From Candidatus Buchananbacteria bacterium CG10_big_fil_rev_8_21_14_0_10_33_19 (GTDB lineage: Bacteria; Patescibacteriota; Patescibacteriia; 2-01-FULL-39-33), in NCBI GenBank assembly GCA_002773855.1, contig PEZY01000012.1, forward strand, positions 68,255 through 132,254: DNA of 64,000 nucleotides. The letters run 5' to 3'. Below the pieces are notes generated by a model. The model searched no databases. It was not told the DNA's origin and saw only the letters and a program-made list of their open reading frames with translations. Position numbers and translations under genes: made by a program. Shown piece by piece: positions 58,020 to 64,000 of the stretch (the first letter of the stretch is position 1; each line of letters begins with the position of its first letter).

Positions 58020-58140
58020 GGCTATTTCTCCTTAGTTTTCCGCATTTCAGTTAAAAACGAACTATTACCATTATAGCATACTTTAGTATTATTGTCAAGT
58101 GTATTGAGCTTATTTTAGTATCAAGGTAGAATTAAGCCAT

Positions 58141-59394
58141 ATGGACTTATTTGATCAAAATTTAGACCAAAAAATGGCCTCAGAAGCGCCTTTGGCCGAA
58201 AGAATGCGCCCAACTACTTTGGAGCACTTTTTTGGTCAAAATGAGGTTATCGGCTCTGGTAAAATGTTACGTCAGTTAATTGAGAAAGACGATATTCCGT
58301 CTTTGATATTTTGGGGTCCACCTGGATCTGGTAAAACCACTTTGGCCAGAATTATTGCTAACATGACTAACGCTGATTTTATCTCTTTTTCGGCGGTGAG
58401 CTCTGGGGTTAAAGATTTAAAAGAGATTATTTTAATCGCCCGTGATAAGCGTAAGTTTAATAATCGGCCAACTATTTTATTTATTGATGAAATTCATCGT
58501 TGGAATAAATCGCAACAAGATGCTCTGTTGCCATATGTAGAAAATGGCATTGTGACTTTGATTGGCGCGACGACAGAGAACCCGAGCTTTGAAGTGAATT
58601 CGGCTTTACTATCTAGAACTAAGATTTTTGTTTTAAATCAATTAAGTGAAACTGATTTATTAAATATTTTAAACAGGGCTTTGGCAAATAAAGAACAGGG
58701 TTTAGGTATTTATAAATCTAAAGTCGACGATGAAACACTTTTGTATTTAGCTAAATTAAGTAATGGTGATGCTCGGGCCTCGCTTAATGCTTTGGAGTTT
58801 GCGATAAAAGCGACTAAGTCAAATAAAAATGGTATAATAAAATTAGATACTAAAATTATCAAGGAGGCGCTCCAGAAATCGCATATTTATGATAAATCTG
58901 GTGAGCAGCATTACAATATAATTTCGGCTTTACACAAATCACTGCGGGGTTCTGATGCCGATGCCGCCTTGTACTGGTTAGCCAGAATGTTAGAAGCGGG
59001 GGAAAATCCACTGTATGTGGCTCGGCGCTTGGTACGCTTTGCTAGCGAGGATGTGGGTTTGGCTAATTCACGGGCCCTAGAACAGGCTGTGGCTGGATAT
59101 CAGGCCACTCACTTTATGGGTCTGCCAGAGTGCAATATTGTCTTGGCGCAAGTAGTCGTGTATTTGGCTAAATGTCCTAAAAGCAACCAGATTTATCGAG
59201 CTTATCTGGATGTTCAAAAAGATGTTAAAGAGACTATGGATGAACCAGTACCACTACATTTGCGGAATGCGCCGACCAAATTAATGAAAGATTTAAATTA
59301 CGGTAAAGATTATAAGTACAGCCCAGATTTTAATTATGAGGAAGATCAAGACTATTTGCCAGAGTCTTTAAGGGGCAAGAAATATTTAAAATAA
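58141..59394 (+). CDS. rarA: Replication-associated recombination protein A (MgsA)
   Basis: PLAERMRP, GPPGSGKTT, FIDEIHR, GATTENPSF, ISALHKS.RGSD, VPLHLRNAPT. Confidence 0.97.
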   Translation: MDLFDQNLDQKMASEAPLAERMRPTTLEHFFGQNEVIGSGKMLRQLIEKDDIPSLIFWGPPGSGKTTLARIIANMTNADFISFSAVSSGVKDLKEIILIARDKRKFNNRPTILFIDEIHRWNKSQQDALLPYVENGIVTLIGATTENPSFEVNSALLSRTKIFVLNQLSETDLLNILNRALANKEQGLGIYKSKVDDETLLYLAKLSNGDARASLNALEFAIKATKSNKNGIIKLDTKIIKEALQKSHIYDKSGEQHYNIISALHKSLRGSDADAALYWLARMLEAGENPLYVARRLVRFASEDVGLANSRALEQAVAGYQATHFMGLPECNIVLAQVVVYLAKCPKSNQIYRAYLDVQKDVKETMDEPVPLHLRNAPTKLMKDLNYGKDYKYSPDFNYEEDQDYLPESLRGKKYLK

Positions 59395-59398
59395 TAAT

Positions 59399-59881
59399 AT
59401 GATCAGAGAAAAATCAGTCGGTATAATTTTATTCCGTTACAATAATCGCGACAAAGAGATTCAATATTTAGTTTTGTATCATCGGGGGACTTATTGGAAT
59501 TTCCCCAAAGGTAAAGTGGAGACTGGCGAATCCGAAATAGAAACCGCTAAGCGAGAATTAATGGAAGAAACCGGCATTTCTAATATTCAGCCAGTTAAAG
59601 GCTGGCGGCAACAAACTAATTTCTTTTTCAAAGAGGATCGAGGTGGCAAGCAAGAATTAATTAAAAAAGATTTTATTTTGTATTTAGCTAAAATGCCCAA
59701 AGACGCCGAGGTAAAAATATCCGGCGAGCATAATGGCTTTGCTTGGTTTAATTATAAGGTGGCCGGTAAATACTTGAAATTCAAGAGTTTGAAAGAAATT
59801 ATGCAAGAAGCCGATTCCTATGTGAGTAAACAAATAGAAGAGTATCGAAAACGAAAAAGTAATCAAAGAAAAAAGAAATAA
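59399..59881 (+). CDS. NUDIX hydrolase (Ap4A hydrolase-like)
   Basis: WNFPKGKVETGESEIETAKRELMEETG Nudix box. Confidence 0.92.
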   Translation: MIREKSVGIILFRYNNRDKEIQYLVLYHRGTYWNFPKGKVETGESEIETAKRELMEETGISNIQPVKGWRQQTNFFFKEDRGGKQELIKKDFILYLAKMPKDAEVKISGEHNGFAWFNYKVAGKYLKFKSLKEIMQEADSYVSKQIEEYRKRKSNQRKKK

Positions 59882-59944
59882 TTTTTATAAAAAAATAGCC
59901 CCGTGAACGTCATTGTTCACGTGGTTTGTGTTTGTGGCGGTTAC

Positions 59945-60187
59945 CTACCGGAAGTGTCCGCCGACTTCGATTTGACGGAAGCTCCGCCGGGGGATTTTGA
60001 AGGCATTGCCATCACCATCCTCGTTTTGCTCCCAGAGCGTACTGGAACAGTACGACCATCTGCCATTAATGCGGTAAATGTGCTTGGTGCACTTCCGACC
60101 GGCGATATTGGCGATGACCTCGGCCTTGTTCGGGCCACTCATGCTGATGACGCGGACGACTCGGGGAGCATTCTTCGTGGTTGCCAT
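59945..60187 (-). CDS. Hypothetical 80-aa protein (orphan cassette 5)
   Basis: GGAGG SD (60201-60197) before ATG 60187; GC-rich; own terminator at 59891-59927 on the minus strand. Confidence 0.55.
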   Translation of the reverse strand: MATTKNAPRVVRVISMSGPNKAEVIANIAGRKCTKHIYRINGRWSYCSSTLWEQNEDGDGNAFKIPRRSFRQIEVGGHFR

Positions 60188-60294
60188 TCCTTCTTCCTCC
60201 ATTTTTTTGTTGGAGTTTACGGTTTAGTTGCTCACATTGAGCTAACTTTGAAAATAACTTTTTAATGGTTTACAATTTGGTTAATATTAAATTT

Positions 60295-60852
60295 ATGACT
60301 AATAGTCTAAAACCAAAATTATTATTTCATAGTTGTTGTGCGCCTTGTAGTGGTTATTTGGTGTCGGAATTGGTGAAAAATTTTGAGGTAGCAGTTTATT
60401 ATAATAACCCTAATATTTATCCGGCCAGTGAATATCAGATTAGAAAAAATGAAGCGCAGAAATTTTTTACTGATTATGGAGTTAAATTTATTGAAATTGA
60501 TTATGATCATAATAAATGGCTAGAGTTAGTCAAGGGTTTAGAGCACGAACCAGAAAGAGGTCGGCGGTGTATTTTGTGTTATCATTTTCGATTAGAGAGT
60601 GCGGCCAAATATGCCAAAGCTCATGATTATGATTTTTTTGCTTCGAGTTTGGCAATTAGTCCCTATAAAAAATCTCAGGTTTTAAACAATCTCGGTCGGG
60701 CTATTGCCAAGAAAATTGGTGTTGATTTTATTGCTGAGGATTGGAAGAAAAAAGATGGTTATAAAAAAGCCACAGCTTTTGCTAAGGACTTTGATTTTTA
60801 TCGGCAAGATTATTGTGGTTGTGAATTTTCTAGACGTAGCACAAATATATAA
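60295..60852 (+). CDS. queH: Epoxyqueuosine reductase QueH (DUF208)
   Basis: HSCCAPCS, NPNIYP..EY, EPERGRRC..CY..RL, YRQDYCGCEFS. Confidence 0.92.
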   Translation: MTNSLKPKLLFHSCCAPCSGYLVSELVKNFEVAVYYNNPNIYPASEYQIRKNEAQKFFTDYGVKFIEIDYDHNKWLELVKGLEHEPERGRRCILCYHFRLESAAKYAKAHDYDFFASSLAISPYKKSQVLNNLGRAIAKKIGVDFIAEDWKKKDGYKKATAFAKDFDFYRQDYCGCEFSRRSTNI

Positions 60853-60945
60853 GGTGTTATGCGTGGTGTGCTATATGTTACACGCAGTTGATTTATTAGT
60901 CATAAATATTGTATAATTAATTCAATAGTTACCAATTATAGACTT

Positions 60946-61281
60946 ATGCTACCAGATAAATGGGAACAAACTAAAGGACATATCTTGGATACTTTTTCTA
61001 ATGTAGAAATTAGTGCAATGGAATTACCAGATCCCGAAGTCGGCAAAAAAGAAATTGTCTTGTTTAGTGGTCCACTTGGTCAAATGAAATTAGAATATTA
61101 CACTAAGCCAGTTATTTTAAATCGAAATACTCATGGCTCTAGGCGGATTGGTTCACATACAGCGGTTGAATATGTTTATTCAAATAGTGACTTTACTCAT
61201 TATTTGAAAGTTTATAAGCTTGATCTAGATAGTGATGAGTGGCAAGAAATGGCTATAGAAAAAGGCTCTTTTAATTTATAA
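60946..61281 (+). CDS. Hypothetical protein
   Basis: 111-aa ORF, host-like composition. Confidence 0.75.
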   Translation: MLPDKWEQTKGHILDTFSNVEISAMELPDPEVGKKEIVLFSGPLGQMKLEYYTKPVILNRNTHGSRRIGSHTAVEYVYSNSDFTHYLKVYKLDLDSDEWQEMAIEKGSFNL

Positions 61282-61305
61282 TTTAAATTTAATTTAAAAA
61301 AATCT

Positions 61306-61668
61306 ATGTTATTAAAAAAACTTTTTAAGCAATTGGGTCATAGTCAGTCGGTTTCTACTACTGAGTTATTTAAATTTGGGGCTATCGCTGGATTAGTTGA
61401 AGTAGTTTATATAGTTTTGGTGGCCACTTTTATGTTATTAGCTCAATCATTATTTCCAGATACTCCATCTGGGGTTATTGTGGGTATAGTTTCATTTTTA
61501 ACTGTTTTTGTTTTTAGTGCCACTGTTTCTGGGGTTATTATGTTGGGTTTGCCGCTTTATTTTGCTATTGAAAAGAAATATAAAGAAGCTTTAATTATAT
61601 TGTTGTCATCTGGCTTCTCTTTGATGGCTATTTTGATTATTATGATGTTGGGTAAATTTTTTATTTAG
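61306..61668 (+). CDS. Hypothetical membrane protein
   Basis: Three TM helices. Confidence 0.75.
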   Translation: MLLKKLFKQLGHSQSVSTTELFKFGAIAGLVEVVYIVLVATFMLLAQSLFPDTPSGVIVGIVSFLTVFVFSATVSGVIMLGLPLYFAIEKKYKEALIILLSSGFSLMAILIIMMLGKFFI

Positions 61669-61688
61669 TAATTATCTAAAATAATATT

Positions 61689-62432
61689 ATGTATTATGTA
61701 ATTGGGATTATTGTATTCTTAATAGTTATTAGTTTAAGACAGATTAATGAATACGAAAGAGGTATTAGATTTCAATTTGGTAAATTTAATAGCGTGATGA
61801 TGCCAGGTTGGCGTATTATCTGGCCGATTATTCAAACTATGCAAAAAGTGGATATTCGAGTTAAAGCGGTAGATGTGCCAGATCAAGAGGCTATTACCAA
61901 GGATAATATTTCCGTCAGAATTAATGCGGTTATTTATTATAAAGTTAGTGATGCGGCTAAAGCAATTATCGAAGTGGAAAATTTTACCTACGCTATTTCT
62001 CAATTAGCGCAAACCACTATGCGCAATGCTAGTGGTGAGGTGAGCTTGGATGAATTATTGAGTAATCGTGATCAAATTTCTTCTAGAATTCAAAAAATCG
62101 TTGATGAGGCTTCTGATCCCTGGGGTATTAAGGTAATCAATGTGGAATTAAAAGATGTCCAATTGCCAGAGGAAATGAAACGAACTATTGCTAAACAAGC
62201 AGAGGCGGAGCGTGAAAAACGAGCGGTTATTATTAAAGCTGAAGGTGAAGTAGCGGCGGCTGAAAATATGGCCAAAGCGGCTGGCGTGTTGGCTGGTTCG
62301 CCTGGTGCCCTACATCTAAGAACCTTGCAATCTATTAATGATTTATCTTCAGATCAGTCCAATACCGTTGTTTTCGCTTTACCACTAGAGGTTTTACGAG
62401 CCTTTGAAGGTATGACTAGAAATAAATTTTAA
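61689..62432 (+). CDS. SPFH/stomatin (band 7) family protein
   Basis: QEAITKDN, QLAQTTMR, DPWGIKV, QAEAEREKRA..I.AEGE. Confidence 0.95.
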   Translation: MYYVIGIIVFLIVISLRQINEYERGIRFQFGKFNSVMMPGWRIIWPIIQTMQKVDIRVKAVDVPDQEAITKDNISVRINAVIYYKVSDAAKAIIEVENFTYAISQLAQTTMRNASGEVSLDELLSNRDQISSRIQKIVDEASDPWGIKVINVELKDVQLPEEMKRTIAKQAEAEREKRAVIIKAEGEVAAAENMAKAAGVLAGSPGALHLRTLQSINDLSSDQSNTVVFALPLEVLRAFEGMTRNKF

Positions 62433-62436
62433 AATA

Positions 62437-62871
62437 ATGACAACGTTAACAGACAGAACTCCATCACCACAAGTCATTACCGCTTTTGTAATTGTTTTTG
62501 TAGTTATTTCTAGTATTATAATTTCTTTGGGTAATTATTATGGTCAAAATACTAACCATCAAGTGGCGGGAGCGATAGATACAGCTGATCAAATTAAATT
62601 AACCAATGAATATAAAACAGCTTTTCTGTCCGAGTTTGATGATTATTTAATTTTAGATACAGATAGTGATTGGATGAATAGTGACATATTATCTAGTACG
62701 GTAACTATTAAGAATAATTTGTTGGCTTTAAAAGTGCCAAGTGAGTTTAAGCAGATTCATCTAAATGCAGTTGTAGCTTTATCGGAAATTGAAAAAGGCA
62801 TTAATGTTAAAGATTTAGATTTAGTGTTGCCTAATGTGTACAAGCTGCGCGATATAATAGCTAATTTTTAG
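62437..62871 (+). CDS. Hypothetical membrane-anchored protein
   Basis: N-terminal TM; LKVPSEFKQIHL. Confidence 0.7.
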   Translation: MTTLTDRTPSPQVITAFVIVFVVISSIIISLGNYYGQNTNHQVAGAIDTADQIKLTNEYKTAFLSEFDDYLILDTDSDWMNSDILSSTVTIKNNLLALKVPSEFKQIHLNAVVALSEIEKGINVKDLDLVLPNVYKLRDIIANF

Positions 62872-62878
62872 TTGATCA

Positions 62879-63646
62879 ATGATATTTATTTTAATTAGAA
62901 TATTTCCTTTCGTTTTTCCAATTGTTTATTTTATTTTTTTGAAATTGATGTTTGTTTTTTATAATAATGTGCCTTGGTTGGTGACAACAGCACTATTTAT
63001 AAATTTTTGGTACTTTTTATTTATCTATTCAAAAACTAAAAATAAAGAAGTTTTTGTTTTTCTGATTCATTCGTTTATTTTTGTGATAACTGGTTTCTTT
63101 TATGTGTTAATTTTAGGTAGTCAGACATTTATTAATTTATTTTTAGTAATTTGGTCATTATTGTATTTTTTATATTTAGAATCAATTTTTCATTATTTTT
63201 ATGACACTAAAAAAGTTGTAGTTTTAAATTTAAAAAATATTGTAGCTTATATTAATTTGATCACACTTTTCTTTTTAGTAGCTTTCCTGATTAATATTCA
63301 TATATTTATTAACTTTTCTATTGGACTGGTTTATTTTGGTGTGTTTATTGCTAGTTTTTTATTAGTTTTTAGTCGGTTTAAAATTAATGGAGTTAGTTGG
63401 CAAAAAAACTTGCTCTATTCGTTTTTATTATCGATAATGATTATCGAGGTCTTGGTAGCAGTTTTATTCTTACCAGTTAGTTTTTATGTGTCAGCAGTTA
63501 TTATTGCCATTGTTTATTATGTTTTAAGTTCCATACTAGCTATTAGTACCAAAAAAGCTTTAAATAAAATGGTAATTTGGCAGTATATCATCTTTACTTT
63601 GATTTCCATATTTATCATTGCTATAACTTCACAATGGGGACTTTAA
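62879..63646 (+). CDS. Hypothetical multi-pass membrane protein
   Basis: Highly hydrophobic 255-aa ORF. Confidence 0.75.
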   Translation: MIFILIRIFPFVFPIVYFIFLKLMFVFYNNVPWLVTTALFINFWYFLFIYSKTKNKEVFVFLIHSFIFVITGFFYVLILGSQTFINLFLVIWSLLYFLYLESIFHYFYDTKKVVVLNLKNIVAYINLITLFFLVAFLINIHIFINFSIGLVYFGVFIASFLLVFSRFKINGVSWQKNLLYSFLLSIMIIEVLVAVLFLPVSFYVSAVIIAIVYYVLSSILAISTKKALNKMVIWQYIIFTLISIFIIAITSQWGL

Positions 63647-63664
63647 TAAATTAGATTTAAAAAA

Positions 63665-64000
63665 ATGAAAACAATCAGGACTGAATTATTATTAATTATT
63701 GGTTTAACTATTATTGTGGGGTTTGTGTCTGGTGTTTTAGGCTATGTATTTATTGCTTTGGGTGGTAATCGTATACCACTTTTTGGACAAATTAATATCA
63801 GTGATACTGGTTGGAATAATCAAATAGTTATCGATCAGCCTCGCAGTGTGGTAGTAGAACAAGATATTCAGGTTCAGCAAGTAGAAAATAATGTGTTACC
63901 AACTCTGATTAATATTTATACTGCTAAAAAATCTTCTAATCCAATTAATCAAGTTTATTTGCCAGCTGAAATTTTGGCTAACGGAGTGGTAATCACAGCC
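63665..64000 (+). CDS. Membrane-anchored protein, probably an HtrA/S1C-like serine protease (3' truncated)
   Basis: N-terminal TM, then V...VLPTLINIY...ANGVVITA, resembling the HtrA 'PSVV.I...GSG.I.T.DG' start; catalytic residues lie outside the window. Confidence 0.55.
   Translation, partial: MKTIRTELLLIIGLTIIVGFVSGVLGYVFIALGGNRIPLFGQINISDTGWNNQIVIDQPRSVVVEQDIQVQQVENNVLPTLINIYTAKKSSNPINQVYLPAEILANGVVITA

Noticed and set aside
57111-58035. Plus-strand and alternative-frame ORFs over cassette 4 (57111, 57302, 57387, 57835; 86-aa extension to 57874)
   Set aside because: They lack SDs and overlap the coupled SD-led minus-strand trio.
59903-60265. 120-aa plus-strand ORF and 65-aa alternative minus frame
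   Set aside because: The minus frame ending at 59945 has the SD and a correctly oriented terminator; the others look like shadows of a GC-rich gene. This choice is only moderately certain.
60851-60900. Further heptamer element after queH
   Set aside because: Only a weak 7-nt periodic G/T-rich arm without the CTACAAC partner arm.
1-64000. Alternative genetic code (UGA=Gly), introns or inteins
   Set aside because: Conserved genes are full length under code 11, TGA ends comEC and tpiA, and no insertion of intron or intein size is seen.

Overview
AT-rich bacterial chromosome segment, very likely Patescibacteria/CPR (Parcubacteria-like). Support: there is no rpmD/L30 between rpsE and rplO, most core genes have AT-rich leaders without a Shine-Dalgarno, several r-proteins carry terminal extensions, and comEC is split. 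The code is standard (TGA stops, tRNA-Trp CCA). Core content: comEC halves, ndk, rpmB, the str (rpsL-rpsG-fusA), tuf, S10 and spc r-protein clusters through secY-adk-map, ruvX-recO, aspS, scpAB, tpiA, four tRNAs, rpmG, an ECF sigma/anti-sigma module, HU, a full Rrf2-sufCBDSU operon, uppS, rarA, queH and an SPFH gene. No CRISPR array, integrase or transposase is visible. The most interesting material is non-coding. (1) A ~240-bp structured repeat occurs at two loci (10.5 and 56.8 kb) with four compensatory base-pair changes, set in back-to-back units that share a terminal hairpin. (2) Five self-contained orphan-gene cassettes share a promoter, boxA-like motif, strong SD and terminator layout. 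(3) A 208-bp tRNA-Trp-anchored insert duplicates the tRNA 3' end and carries an inverted T-arm. (4) Heptamer-periodic hairpins recur between cistrons. (5) A T-box with an atypical stem I precedes aspS. (6) Large structured leaders precede rpsL, tuf and rplC. All calls come from reading the sequence by eye; no searches or folding programs were run.
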